Below, one piece after another: positions 38,545-52,856 of a DNA stretch of 64,000 bases. The first letter of the stretch is position 1. Each line of letters begins with the position of its first letter. The stretch comes from Podarcis tiliguerta. Lineage: Eukaryota. Both the position numbers and the translations under genes were made by a program. The notes under the pieces are model-generated. The model had not been told where the DNA came from, made no database searches, and worked only from the letters and a program-made list of their open reading frames with translations. Where the stretch lies: the NCBI GenBank assembly GCA_965153285.1, contig OZ229110.1; one strand, given 5' to 3'.

Positions 38545-40557
38545 CTAAAAACACATGGGGAGGATCATATAATACAGATATCTATTAGATTACAGCTGTA
38601 TGGGGAGAGAGAAAAAAAACAATGCTTCAATCTCCCATTTACACCCCCCCCCCCGCCACACTTCTCTCTTCAGTTTGATACCACTGTAGGATGAATTATC
38701 TAACATTACACATATTATTGATTGAATTATGGACTCCTAACATCAGTATTTTCCAAATTCTGGATACCTTGGCCCCCTTTTTTTGGTGTGGATAAAAGCT
38801 GAAGTCAAAGTGGAGGCACATTTCACAAGCAGTCAAAAATCTATAAATATTCTTTCTCAAACAGCTGAGGCTTGGAAGTATTTAAGAGGCTACAGAGTGA
38901 ATTTCCCCCTTGACCTTATGAGATTGATAGGCACTATATGTATGTGTTTTGCAGTAGTTGTGCTTCCATATTTATAATTATTATTTTCCTCAAGCAGCTC
39001 TCAGGGAAATAGGCTGGGACCTTCCCTGTGACTGCAAAATAGCCCAGTTAATAGGCCTCTCATTGCCCCCCTTTCCCAGGGTCAGAACTGTGCTGGGGCG
39101 TGGAGAAGGAGCCAATGCATCACTGAACCTCCCCGCTCTGGTGGACACAGAGCGATGGATGCATCAAACAGACAGGCTTCATTTCTCATGGTGCTCCAGC
39201 TCGCCTCAGAGCAGGCAAGTGCTTCTGACTTTAGTAATCGCTGCTTCAAACTGCAACAACACTTTTTCTTAACCTTGGGGGGTTAAAAGAAGGCAGCCTG
39301 TACCAAGCAACTGCAACTTCAGCCCAGCCACAAGATTGCACCATTGGAGGGAGGAAACTAGTTTCAACAGCACCGTCCCAATCTTAAGATCACATAAAGG
39401 TATGTAAGTTCCTAAGTACACACAAAGCACTCCTTTCCCTGCCCGTGATACCACAACAAAGGACCTTCCCATTCGCTTCAGAGAAGGTGGTAGCAAATCT
39501 ATGTGGATGAAGAAAGGAGATGCAGTTTGGAAGCGATAAGCACTTTAGACAATAGGATAAACCTCATAAAGAGAAAGCTCATTTAACTAAGTAGGCAGTT
39601 GGGGAAGGTGCCGTTCTGCCACTACTGAGGGAGGGAGCCTCTAGAATCCAAAACCTTTGACAGAGCAACACCTTCAGATCCTGTATTATGTTTCCGCCAT
39701 TGTGACCCAGAGACAAAGCCCCTGGGTCTCTTTTCCAGTTGCCTTACAAATGGGGCTCTCTTTGTGGCAGTTGCTACTCACTGCTACTGCCTCCCAAAGT
39801 TAAGACACCATAATGTCAATTATAATTCTATTTTTTGAAGCAAAAAGGAATGATGGAAGTTGTCATCCAAAACATATGGAGGGCACCATGCTGCCTATTC
39901 CTGCAATATACCAGGATTTGCACTTGCCTTCTAGCCCAGAATTAGAAACCTACTCCCAAGTCTGGTTTCAACTGCAAACACAAACCATAGTTTGTAAGTC
40001 TTGATGCAATGGCAAACTTCTTTGCCATTGACTAGGAAGGGAATCACTGGGCGAGATGAATGTATAAAAGACCTGGACCTGGCAAGCTAGGGAAAGAAGT
40101 AGTTTGTGCATGAGGGGAGGAGGAAATGCATGACCCCTAGGCTCAGACCCCATGATTATAACTTATTTGGCTGCTTTACCCAACCCATTTAGACATCACA
40201 CCAAGCCATAGTGCAGGAAGCTTCACTATGGTTTTCTATGATGTCTGAATTGCAAAATAAAACAGTAGGAACACATGAATTTAAAAAGCACTATTGTCTG
40301 ATATTTACAAGTAGAACTTAAGATAATTTTAAAGTATAGTATCACTTAAAGCCAAGTGTAGCAACAGTAGCATTGTTTTTATTTTCAGTCTGCTTATGTG
40401 AACATTGGATAATATTTTCTCCTTTGACAGTCAACAGAGCCTACTTAATTGAATTATTACTTCTGTGCTCTCTGAAGTTATTAGTTGGGAAACATCCAAC
40501 TCACAGCAAAGTGAACCTGAGAACTCTCTGGCAGTTATCACAGCATGGTAAGAATTA

Positions 40558-40737
<180 letters not shown>

Positions 40738-42112
40738 TCAGGAAAGTTCTCCCCAGTTATTGAACCCATTAATGTTCATTAACTGGATTTAATAGTCGAT
40801 ATTTTAATGCAGAACTTTTATCTTGCAGCTTGAACTTAGTTCTGCATGCTCTGCTGTTGGCGAACTTCGGTTAAGGCAATCTTTGCACTGAATCAATAAT
40901 CTGGCTTTACAAGGTCAGAGTGCACAAGAAATAGTCAATCAAAAGCTACATCCTAGAAACAACTGACAGAATATCAGTGCATGGCAAAATTCAAGACCAA
41001 TCATCTTAAAATCACCTCTGAGGGAAATTAAATAGTTTTAAAAGAAATTTTTCAGTATTACTTTGTAGGCAACACATCACATTCACACCTATGTTTTCCT
41101 TTCACAATTTTTATCCCCCCGGAGAGGTACCTAAACTGACTAAATTTAATTGAAAGTAGAGACTTTTGATAAAACCATGAGATTTAGTTTTTAGGGTATG
41201 TGCCTGCAAGTGTGTATGTATTAGCCCCAATTGTGGTATCCCATCAGATATTTAGTCATGGGGGGGAAATGCACCCTCTTTAAATTCTGTGGTTTTACAG
41301 ATGAAGACATAATAAACAATCACCTGTTCCTTAGCAGATCTTAAAATTAGGTAAATTCAACTTCAGATGAACAACACCACATGATATATTACTTAGCACT
41401 GGGTAAAACATCAACTGGAATATGTTTGGTTTTGGGCACCATCTTTCAACAAAAAAATAAGTCAGTAGAAGGACAGCACAGCTATGAAAAAGGGGCAAGG
41501 GCAATAAACCAGGGGTTCAGGCTAAAAACAAAGTAGGAGGAGTTTTCACTATGAAAATTATTGGATTACAGGAGAAAAATAATACAATATGTTGAAAAGC
41601 ACATTTCAGTGGAAATTTCTACAAGGGAATAATTGATACCCCTGCCAACTATTCTTTAAATTTTAGAATCCTATCAGTGTCAATGACTTGATTAGATGCA
41701 GAACATTATTAAGAATCGAGAGGCCCCAGGCCATAATGCTTTGGCAGGACATTTAAGTTATCTGTCCTTTATGATGTCAGCCTGCATCTTAAGATATGAC
41801 CTGTATCCCCATGATTTTAAAAAGTAGGGGCAGGAGATGTCTTAAGCCTGGGCTACATGTTATGGAATATACTTACTTTTAGTCTCCATATAAAACTGTG
41901 CATAGAGAGCACAGTTATAGTGGACTGGATGCAAAGAGCCTGCTGCATAATACCCCCCATCCTGGTCTACAGCCAAACCTTATCCCATAAAAACTGGTTC
42001 CAGACAACTGGGGACATAGGGCACTAAAGACAAAGAGGGAAAACAACCACCCCCTCCTTCCATGGGAGCACAAGCATTTTCCAACCATGCAGCTCCAAGT
42101 CACAGTCCTTAC

Positions 42113-42225
42113 TTTTCCCCAAGGAGAGTCCCATGAAGGCTCGCCTGGTTTGGAGGATTTCCACAAAGCAAAGTCATTTGGAGAATGCTTCTCACTTAAA
42201 CGATCCACCGAGATACTCAGGTCAC
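42113..42225 (-). CDS. CARS1: CARS1 exon 11
   Basis: [37 protein letters not shown]. Confidence 0.96.
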
Positions 42226-42326
42226 CTGTGGGGAACAAGAGGAAGAACATTTGTAACCTTCAGAAAGGAATCTTAAAATTGTATTCGTGTATGCACTGGA
42301 AAGCCCCTGACTGACAGTAATATTAC

Positions 42327-42448
42327 CTTCACCCTCTTGAAGTGCTTTTTGATCACCTACAGCTTCAGGAACCAACTTGGCATAGGAGTGTTTCTCAGAG
42401 GCATCAAATTTCATGGTATCAAAATAGACAGAGCCATTGGACACATAA
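42327..42448 (-). CDS. CARS1: CARS1 exon 10
   Basis: [41 protein letters not shown]. Confidence 0.96.
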
Positions 42449-43088
42449 CTAGAAGACAAAAAGCACAAATGTACTAAGCGTTCTAGAGTTTCAGATACTT
42501 TCCTACTATTGGGTGGAATGCAACTTGTCCTCCTTTCACTGTTGCTCCAGCATGAGGTATGTGGTGATCAAGGAGAACTGGGTGCGATTTTTGCTAAAGC
42601 CTCTCAATGAAACCCTCGTTGAAGTGCTCCCCAAACCTCTAGAACAGATTTTCATGAGGAGGTGGGGCCTGCAAAGAGGAGGGTGAAATTGGCATACACA
42701 TACAAAAAAGTGCCCCATCTTATCCATTAGTGGATACACATCACCAGTTGGCTAGGAACTACTGTATTTAAAGGTGAATTTCTTCCGCTGCTTTCCATGA
42801 TGGGCAAGTTCAATGGGATTTACTCCAAGTTTGCTGGATGGGAGTCTACTAATGATTTTGGAAGCTCTAGCAACACAAAACATGTAGAAACAGTATCTTT
42901 GAGATGGCCAATAAATAAAACAGCTTTCTATTAGGCCGCCCATCATATGGCCTTGTTGTGCCTTAAGGTTTGATGGCAAAGGTTTAATTAGAACAGAATT
43001 TGGGCTGCTTACATGTGAAGCACACATAGAGCTGCATGTGATGATTTTCTCTTGATTTACATAACACGTAAAATGTGAGACGAATCTA

Positions 43089-43184
<96 letters not shown>

Positions 43185-44167
43185 CTAGAAGCAAGCAAAC
43201 AAAATAATATATATTCTCCGTTTCACAACCCTTCTTGTACCAGATTCTCTCAACAACTTTGCTTTGCAATTAGTTCTATATTTGAATATAGAAAACTAAG
43301 CAAGTGGCAAAATTAACATGGACTTGTTGAAGAGAGTATTGCTGTATGCTCCTGAGATTTATCTTATGCCCAGTAAGATTATGCCCAGGGCTTTAAGTGT
43401 AGTGGCACCTCCCCTTTGGGTTGCACTTCCAATGAACATTACAGTATAGGTGTTCAGGAGCCTGCTTAAACTCATGGGCAGATTTCAACTGAGTCCTACC
43501 AGTGGAAGCCATGAGCAATAATGTCTGCTTACACAATGGGGCTTTCCCTCATTCTCCTGCCCTTGTGCGTCCCCTTTATGGTACAGTGTACTTATGCTTA
43601 TATTTTGAAATATAACTCACTCGGAAACCTTTCTAGGTAACAAGCAACTAATAAGCCCTATTACTATTATAAGCAAATTAAATAAACAGGCACACACATT
43701 GATAGGCAGAAACTGAACACAGCCCAGCATTTCTAGGCATCTGCTCTAATTAACCATACTGAAAGCATATCTGCAGTTTCCAAGAGCTCAAGATGAAACA
43801 TAATCTATAAGGTTAGAAAGGCATGATCATTGCTCTAACTGCTGATGAAAGGAAAATCAGTCTTGATTTGTGTCTTGGCATGATTCCAGCTTCCTAGGTA
43901 TGAAGAACAATTTTATGTACCTTGAAACACAGTGCTAGGGAGAGCCCTAACCAGATGGCCAGCAAAAAGTGTTAGTGTGTCATCTTGATAAATCAATATA
44001 TATCAAAATGTGTCCATGGAGCAGTACTGTGAAGCCATTAATTATAAACAAGCTTTATAAGTTTGCTTTCTAGGCCTTCCAAGAGAGGGGAACTATAATA
44101 AATAAGTACCACCAACACTAGATTTCCATGTGCTTTTATATTTTGCTGAATCAATGTGCATACTTAC

Positions 44168-44308
44168 ATTGAGAGCTGCCATATCTTTATGATATTCCTC
44201 TTCCCAGAATTTGGGGAGCTTTGAAAATATAGAATTGTCAGTCACCTGACTCCCCAACCTAGTGTCCAGCCACTCAGAGAGTATATCTTTTGCTTCATGC
44301 AATAACAC
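44168..44308 (-). CDS. CARS1: CARS1 exon 8
   Basis: [47 protein letters not shown]. Confidence 0.96.
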
Positions 44309-44811
44309 CTAGAAATAAATTATAGATCTATATATAAAACACATAATTATCAGCAATGCACACTTTTTCAAGATAAAGCCTAGAGTGTTCTTTATTGTGA
44401 TTAAATAATGTTAATTTATTTGGGCCAGGATCCAAAGCTTGAGTTCATGTTGCCAGTATTTCCACCTGGAGACAACCTATCATACTTCTTGGAAAGTCAC
44501 TCCCAAAGATTCCAGAACTTAGAAGATACTTTGTAGGGAAACAAGCAGCACTTACACACACTCTCTCTCTTTAGCGCTGGGGTGGAAGTGCTACCTTTTA
44601 CTCTTAAAATAATAGGCAGAGTGTTCTCTCTCCAATCTTAGTGCTGTGGTGTTTAGCAGTGTTTAGCAAATAAATTTCCCCTGTCTGTTCTTGAATGATC
44701 CACTCAAAAGCAGGAATGTGGCTCTTTAACGTCACTCCTACCCCAGCACAAGACTGGGAAGCACTGGAAATCCTGAGACAGAGTGTGTGTTTGTACACAT
44801 GCACAAGTCTA

Positions 44812-44833
44812 GTGTGTGTGTGTGTGTGTGTGT
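44812..44833. repeat. (TG)n microsatellite
   Basis: Direct observation. Confidence 0.9.
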
Positions 44834-45055
44834 ACGAGTGCACATGGCCTCTGCTGCCATGTGACCCTCAGAGATGGGCCTAACTGTCAATACTTGGGCA
44901 AAAAAAGTTAAGTCACTCCAATGTAACTAAATAATTATGTAACCTCACAGATGTAAATGGTTTCAATGAAGCAAAGTCCCACCCTAAAATAGTAAATGGA
45001 GCTCAAAGATACTGTTTAATTTGCTTAAGGGCACAACAGCCCGTTCAGTACAGAC

Positions 45056-45205
45056 CTCAGCATGTTTGCTGACTTGACCTTCAGAGTGTTTATTTTTCAG
45101 TGCATTTTCTAGAGGTTCCACAGCAGCCTTTACTGCACTCTGAATCCTTTCCAGCATCTGTTTCTTATCAGGGTCAGTGGTCTCTTGTAGCTTAGCTGCA
45201 AAAGG
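45056..45205 (-). CDS. CARS1: CARS1 exon 7
   Basis: PFAAKLQETTDPDKKQMLERIQSAVKAAVEPLENALKNKHSEGQVSKHAE. Confidence 0.94.
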
Positions 45206-45559
45206 CTGATTTAATAAACATGAATGATATATACATAAAACCACAATGAAGGCAACAAATAAGCATCTTAATAAAATCATAGCCATCTTATAAAATATTC
45301 CTTAGAAGTTTTCTTGTGTTTAATTTTCAGCAAAATCTCCAGAGTAAAGCAGTAACAAATGTCTGCATGGTAAGACTTTCAAAATTAAAATGGAATGTAG
45401 ACATGCTATAGTGAGGAGGGTCATCACCAGGCATTTTCATGGGTAGCAACCATATTAAAGATGAGGACATTCCCCTTCCAGACTTAAAGACAACAAATCC
45501 CACAGCAGGAAAAACCTAGTGTTCTGGTCCCCAAAATTACACAAATTTTAAAAACTAGC

Positions 45560-46260
45560 ACATCTTTATTTAAACATAACATTCTGCTTTCATAATCCAT
45601 TTTTTCAGAAGAATTTGGAATCGTATAGGCAATTATAAAAAGTCACAGGAGGATATGAAAGAATGGAAAGATTTGCTCAAATTTCATATAGGATAGCACT
45701 CTCAATGGCCAGGTTAAACACTTTGCCACCAGCAGTTATGGAAGACATGTTTACTGGGTTGCCTTGTCACCTGAGTGTTTGTCCTTGTGACAGCAGCTCA
45801 GCTGAAACATTAGCCCACATTCTCCTATGTTGCATTTTTTATAGCAATGTAAAAATTACATACTGGGGAGATAAAAATGGGACACTACTGATGGGAAAAT
45901 AATAACTGGATCTTATACCTGGTAAGTTTCCATTTTATCTCCTCACTACATTCTCTACACTTGGGGAACACAGATGAATTTTATAATCTTCATTTTAATA
46001 GCAGATTCCAGAAAAATATGGACCAGTTCCTTGCTGCAGCCATCAAAACTATGCCCTCTATGATGAAAGGGAGGAGGACTTCTGAGTCAAAATGGTCTCT
46101 CTTTGATTATTATTTTGTTACACTATTTTTAAAGACACCATTTGTGTGCATGCATCTTGTGCTCCCCCCTTCCAATTCTCTCTTTTTTGTTATGGTTGTA
46201 TTGATGACCCTCTACTGTATTTGATGCTTATGGTTTGCAGATCAAATAAAGTAAATGTAT
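45560..46260 (+). mobile_element. Degenerate non-LTR retrotransposon 3' fragment with a zinc-knuckle remnant
   Basis: ORF 45663-45902 contains RIALSMARLNTLP...CPCDSSSAETLAHILLCC, a LINE ORF2 C-terminal CCHC-like pattern; limits approximate. Confidence 0.6.
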
Positions 46261-46808
46261 TTGATTGCCTGTAGGAAGAAAAGTAGCAGCAAAAAGTATT
46301 CTCAGGAAAGGTGATAAGGCTAGGACACTAAAGCTTGGTGTCTCTCTCCAAACTGGTTTTGGCAGACACTACTAAGGTGTCCGCTTACATGGGGGGAGAT
46401 TATGATTGGACGTGGGCAATGCCAATGAACTGAAGTTAGTCCCAATGATGAAGCACATTGCCAGCACATTGCCAGATGAAGGCAATGTGCTGGAAACAGG
46501 AGCAGCCAAGGTATGTAAAGCTCTGGTTGTCCCTAGCAGAAGCAACACTGCTTCCAAGTGTGGACAAGTCTTTGGAGTCTTGCAGGACTCTTGGGGATTT
46601 TAGCCTTGCTAGAAACAGAGAGTGGTGGCTTCATATAAAGAGCTTGCATGTGGCCAATGATGGAACAGAGTCTGAAGAGAGGGACAAAAAGAAAAAAGAA
46701 GAAGAAACAAGCAGCTGGCTGATTCCTCCTCTGATCTAAGGTGTTGGAAGACAACTAAGAAGTCTCCTGCCTACATGAAGTATGGAAGAGAACAGTCAAG
46801 GAGCTGAC

Positions 46809-46907
46809 CTCAGAGGCAATCTGGACATCTTCAAGTAGCTGTGCTGCTGATGGCTGCTTCTCTGTGTATTTTTCAAAGAGATAGTTTTGCCTTGCTCTTT
46901 TTATAAT
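46809..46907 (-). CDS. CARS1: CARS1 exon 6
   Basis: [33 protein letters not shown]. Confidence 0.95.
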
Positions 46908-47372
46908 CTGTAACACAAAAGTTAAAAGATGTTTAGGAAGCACATACAGTGTATACAATTTGAAGATTAAAATTAGAACTGGTGTGCATCTTACAAAACA
47001 TTCCCAAAGTTCCAAAAAAAAAGGGGAGGACAAGAACTGACACAAAGCCTTAGCCCATTTGTCCATATTTGCCCAATTTTTTTGCCTCTGTATTTCTCTC
47101 CTCTCCTCTCCTCTCTGTCTCTCCAACCATCTTCTTCTGAAAATTAGATGGTAAGCTTCTTGAGGTGGGGATCTGTCTTTTTGCTATGTAACTATGTAAA
47201 GGCATTTTGTACATTGATGGCGCTGTATGAATTAAGAAGTAATAACCTCAAAGAGAAAGTCTTTGACTTATTGGTGGGATAGACATTTAAATTAGAATAA
47301 AAACTAAGTTAAATAATCTCATCTGTTAGTCTCATTCCTGCAGCTAATCAAATGACAGCACTTTAGAATTAC

Positions 47373-47469
47373 CTTGTCATCTATATCTGTGATATTCATA
47401 CAGTAGAAGACATCGTATTTGAAATAGTCTTTCAAAACTCTTCTCAGGATATCAAATGAGATGTATGAT
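47373..47469 (-). CDS. CARS1: CARS1 exon 5
   Basis: [32 protein letters not shown]. Confidence 0.96.
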
Positions 47470-48302
47470 CTACAATAATTCAAAAGACAAATTGATTTTG
47501 CACCCACTGTATTCATGAAGCATCACATTATATTTTTGCTTTTGAAAAGTAATGAACTCTTTTCCTAAAATAAATTATTCACTGCATACAAAATTAATAT
47601 GTGGTGAAGAAAGGCGGCACACAACAGTCCTGGCTTCCAGCTTGCAGTGTCCTGCTACCCACAATTCATTTAGATATTTGAATAAATCATTTAGCACTTT
47701 CCTTTAAAACCCCAAATCATATGGCATTCATTTTTATGTTATTTCAAAGCAATGCCATTATCTGCATCTGTATCATAAAGTGGTATAAGTAGATGAAGTA
47801 CTTATGAGAAACTAAATGTTAATTAGAAAGGACCAAACTAGATGCGATGAAGAAAATAATGATCAGGATCTCTGATAATTAAATTGTGGGGCCTGGAGTG
47901 GGGATGCATTTGATCAGGAATGCTGCACTGAGGTGGTGGATGAGGAGGTTAAAACATATGTGCATGTCTTTGCTGTCTGCCATAAGTCAAACAGTAGCTT
48001 CAGGGCAATTTCAGTTGGGGGTAAAAGCACAGGATGAAAGGTTTAGACACTTCCTCCTCCAGAACCATGGTCCTGATCACAACCATATTCACTTTAAACA
48101 AACAAGAGACATCCTGGTTATGGATCTCCAACAGCATTAATTGGTGCCAATATGTAAAAAAAAAGGGGGGGGGGGTTATTCCTAAACTTTGGATTTTTTT
48201 AGAGATTTTATAAAGATGGCAATATTAGTTTGATGTAACAAATTCATTTACAGCTTTGCTCTTCAACTGCCCAAGGCACTTGTTACTCAGACATGGCCAT
48301 AC

Positions 48303-48391
48303 CTTGCATGCCCCATGTGGGAGGCATCATACACTGTTGGACCACAGCAATACCATTTCACCCTGTTGCCATCTTGGGGCTGAAACACATC
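48303..48391 (-). CDS. CARS1: CARS1 exon 4 (HIGH motif)
   Basis: [30 protein letters not shown]. Confidence 0.97.
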
Positions 48392-48541
48392 CTTAGGAGG
48401 AAGAGGAGACATAGTAGTTAGAAGCACCCAAATTTGTACAGGTAGAGTCTTAAAGGAAAAGCAGTTCAGCAATCATGAGCAATGCTACTAACTCCACTAT
48501 GCAAAAGGCAGCACATGGAAAAGCCAAATTCAAAAATGTAC

Positions 48542-48633
48542 CTTATTACGAGTGAGACTGTTGTATAGGCAGAGTTTGGGTAATGCTGTTCCTTGGGGTG
48601 GAGACCAGGGAGGCTGAGTACGCTTGTTTTTAC
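48542..48633 (-). CDS. CARS1: CARS1 exon 3
   Basis: KNKRTQPPWSPPQGTALPKLCLYNSLTRNK; 92 nt. Confidence 0.95.
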
Positions 48634-50924
48634 CTAGAAAGGATTTAAAAATTTAGTATTAATTTTCCAAGAAAAACAAATCTAGAAAGGGTATTCTGAG
48701 CTTCTTTGCTATAAAAGTCTGTGTCATTAGCTCAGAAGGAACACTGGAATAATAGCCAATTTGAAAAACAACACCATGTTTTTGATGCAGAGTACATCAT
48801 GACATTGTTGATGCCACTATTCTTACTTTCAGAAAGTGACAGCGACTCTCAGGGCTCTGATTCAGTGCACTTACTCCCACATGAACTCCTGTTTCAGCAA
48901 AAAGTGAAAACATCCTCCTCACCTCCCAAAAATCACATGCACATGCTGTTCTTGAAACTTTTAGGGAGTTTAAAAAAGAGTGATAAGCTCCTACACTGAG
49001 AAGAAATTGAATTGTTTTAGGACAGAGCAAAAAACTTATTGAATATAGTCACCAAGCTATGAGGTTGACATAAAACTCCCAGATACCTAGAAAAAGTGGG
49101 CAGGATTTAGCTAATGAGTCCCCTCAGTGGAAGCCTGTGCAAGGACGTCCACTTAAATGGGTCTCATTCCACACCGCACCCTGCTCCCACACCCCATGAA
49201 ACTGGGTCAGCTGTAGCACGCAGCAAAGTGGGGTGGGAATAATTCCATTTGGCAATCTGAAATGCTTGCAAGACCTTGAATTCCTCCCTGAATAGCATGA
49301 ACAATGCATATATATCCCACACCACCTCTTCTACATGATTTTATATTTGTGATCCTATGCATGTTTTCTCAGGAATATGTCCCAGTTAGAATCCACAGAA
49401 TTGTAGCCTTAATTAAGTTCTTTCCTAGAGTGTTCCAAAATCAACACTTTGACTATGTGAATGTCTCTTTGCATTGCATCTGCAAAAAGTTTCCGTGCTA
49501 TACTTAAAACAGAAAACTTCAACAAGGCAGTTTCATGAAGAAGACATATGATTCAGAATGCATGAATAGGTTTGATGTAAGCACACAGAATAATACCCTA
49601 ATCAGCATCGGGGAGTGGGGGAGGAATGGCACATGTATGTATGGCATACAAGTAGTAAATAATTTCCCCACTTGGTTTCATTTTATCTGCAATTCCCTCT
49701 GCCCTGCCTCAATCATGTATGAAGTGGGTAATAGGGGAGTCCCATTTAAAGAAGAAAAGGAGTGTGCAAGTGAAAAAAGCTGAACCCTCTCCCTCCTATA
49801 GCTTATGTCAGTAATGGGCAGATGGTAGATAGTGATTTACTGGTAGAACACTGGGCAATTTGCAATAGGCTGACAATAATTGGTGATTCCCAGTTATTTC
49901 CATTTGGCAACCAGAAAAACATGTCTTTCTCACTTAAATAAGTCTTCACTATGACATAAGCAGTGGAAATAATTGATTTAATGTTGAGTTTAAAGAACAT
50001 ACACAAAGCAATTTAATTCTGTCCTTTTGCTTGCTTTTTAAACACACACACACAGAGAATTAATTATGGCCACCAAGGAGGTTAATTTCTAAAAGATTAA
50101 ACCAGCACACAGAATCAAAACTTGCTCCAGAAGACTCCAGATAAGAAGGCTGAAAGAAGAATGCATAAACCACAATATGATAACCTTAACCACAAAAGAA
50201 AAACATACAACAATCCACCCAAACTATTCATTCAGGCAAATCAAATATTCAAATATTCCTGCCAGAAACAACAGCTATCATTCTAATCACTTCCGCTGTG
50301 TTCACCATTATGTGACACACCTTGAAAATGAAACCAAATAAAACCAATAGTCGTTCCTATCTTCTGCTTAAAGGTTTAAAGCATTTATTTTATCTTGGTT
50401 TGTTGCATTTTTATTTTTAGTTTCAAGTACAATCCTTATCTGCACTTCTAAACACCACACCAATCTCTTCTGTTTTCAGACTCTACCTACAGAGCTTCAA
50501 ATGCTAATAAAATGCACTACCACCTCAACAAAGGTATGAAGACGCTTGCTCAGTGAGGTTTCCATAATTCTCCCAGTTCACCCTCTGGTGTCCCCGGAGA
50601 AAAATGCCAACATTCCACTAAACAAATTGAAAAGGCACAGTCTTGACAATGACCATCTGAGTATATTTTGAGGGAAACAATGTGTTTGAAATACACCTGG
50701 ATGAGTCTTCCATACCACAGAGCTCAACTGAACACCTGAGGGAATATAAGGAAGATATAATTGACAGGGTTTTCTGGGAAGTATGAAAGCATCCACTAAC
50801 AATACTCATTATAGGTACTTGCGTAGATTCGTGTTTGTCATTGCAGAGAAAACTCACATATAATGTAACAAAGTCTCTTTTCCTTTCCTGTCCTCTGACA
50901 CTATTAGAGCACTGCAAGGATTCA

Positions 50925-51151
50925 ACCAATGGCTTCAAGTTACAAGAAACAAGATTCTGACTAAACACCAGGATGAGCTTTCTGGCAGCTAAGAGCTGTT
51001 CCAACGGTGGAATGGGCTCTCTCCTTCATTTAAGATTTTTAAGCAAAGGTTGGATGGTCATCTATCATGGATGCTTTAGTTGAGGTTCCTGCATAGCAGG
51101 GTGTTGGACTAGATAACTCTTGGGGTCCCTTCCAACTCTAAAATTCAATGA
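50925..51151 (+). mobile_element. CR1 LINE 3' end
   Basis: ...gttggactagat...ggtcccttccaactctaaaattcaatgat, a typical CR1 3' UTR end. Confidence 0.8.
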
Positions 51152-51202
51152 TAAGAATGGTGAAAACTGTGGCCTGCCAGGATGTTGTTGGACTATAACT
51201 CC

Positions 51203-51457
51203 GAGAGCCAGTGTGGTGTAGTGGTTAAGAGCGGTAGTCTCGTAATCTGGTGAACCGGGTTCGCTTCCCCGCTCTTCCACATGCAGCTGCTGGGTGACCT
51301 TGGGCCAGTCACACTTCTTTGAAGTCTCTCAGCCCCACTCACCTCACAGAGTGTTTGTTGTGGGGGAGGAAGGGAAAGGAGAATGTTAGCCGCTTTGAGA
51401 CTCCTTAAAGGGAGTGAAAGGCGGGATATCAAATCCAAACTCTTCTTCTTCTTCTTC
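51203..51457 (+). mobile_element. tRNA-derived squamate SINE (Squam3-like) with (CTT)n tail
   Basis: GAGAGCCAGTGTGGTGTAGTGGTTAAGAGC head, GGTTCG B box and (TTC)n tail; inserted into a short hairpin repeat. Confidence 0.85.
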
Positions 51458-51811
51458 ATCAACCCTGGCCACCATGGCCAATGGTGAGGGATAACGGGAG
51501 TTGATGTTCAATAATAAGGTTGCAGGTTTCTTATCTAGGGTCCTTGGAAGGCAATCTGTAGCCAATTGAGGCACACACCAGCACTAAAAACAAGACTGCA
51601 AATACCATTTTGAACATGGGTTTGCAATAAGGAGAAAATTTTAACTTTAGCCTCTGACAATTCATGTCCATAGATGAACTTAAGTGACTGCCCCTATTTG
51701 TGTCAAATAAGCAGTTTTACCAGTTGCATTTGATGTACACTTTGGTAAAAGCTGCCTCTTCAGTCAAAGCTGATTAACAAAATCCATCTTTTAGTATGGC
51801 AGCACCTAGAC

Positions 51812-52133
51812 CAGGGGTCAGCAACCTTTTTCAGCCATGGGCCAGTCCACAATCCCTCAGATCATGTGGTGGGCCGGACTATATTGTGAAAAAATAAATA
51901 AATGAATTCCTATGCATCACAAATAACCCAGAGATGCATTTTAAATAAAAGTGCACATTCTACTCATGTAAAAACACCAGACAGGCCGCACAAATAACCC
52001 AGAGATGCATTTTAAATAAAAGTACACATTCTACTCATGTAGAAAACACACAGATTCCTGGACCATCTGCGGGCCGGACTGAGAAGGTGATTGGGCCGCA
52101 TCCGGCCCCTGGGCCTTAAGTTGCCTACCCATG
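51812..52133. mobile_element. hAT-type MITE
   Basis: 8-bp TSD ACCTAGAC (51804-51811, 52134-52141); imperfect TIRs CAGGGGTCAGCAAC / GTTGCCTACCCATG; internal duplication of about 60 bp. Confidence 0.85.
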
Positions 52134-52610
52134 ACCTAGACTTTGGAACTTCCTGCCTATTGACATCAGGCAGGTAGGTACCTTGGGCTGTACTCTTTTC
52201 AGCATCTACCAAAAGCATATTTGTTCCAGCAAGACTGAGACTGGGAGGGTGCAGTGTGATCCATGAAATTCACAAAGTAACTTTGGACTGGTCACACCTT
52301 CTTAGTCTAACCAACGTCACAAGGCTGTTGTAAGGATTAAACAGAGGGGAGGAGAAAACCTTGTACACTACCCTGAACTCATTGGCAGAAAAAAAAGGAT
52401 ATAAATGTAATAAATAATATTTTAAATAAGAAAGAAACAGAGCCTGATTATTTGTTGTAATGACCCAGAAGTCTATGGCTATCAAATGTAGGAGCTTTTT
52501 AAAAAATAAATAAAATCACAGAATAATCTTGGATGGGAAGTTTTTTTCCATATATATATATATTAAGACAGCCATTAGCTCGCTGCCCACTAGCGCCTGC
52601 CATTACTCAC

Positions 52611-52856
52611 TTGTTTGGAGTTTACAGGAGTCATGCTTTCCTCTGCTGCCATCATAAATTGCTTCTATGTGCCTGTACCAACGAACCACATGGAAATGCT
52701 GGTCCACAGGCGGGCCCGAGAGCTGCCTGAAAGCTTCCACATCTGCATGTGAAAATGTGAACCCCTGGATATAGCTACGAGTGCTGAGGTACTCATTCAG
52801 AGCCTTCAACCTGGCTTCCTCTTCACTAATGCTCAGAATACAATTGTAGTCAGAAG
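52611..52856 (-). CDS. CARS1: CARS1 cassette exon 2 (GST-C/EF1B-like insertion, 82 codons)
   Basis: [67 protein letters not shown]...; 246 nt; symmetric phase 1. Confidence 0.92.

Noticed and set aside
51203-51280. tRNA-like sequence
   Set aside because: It is the tRNA-derived head of a SINE with body and (CTT)n tail, not a tRNA gene
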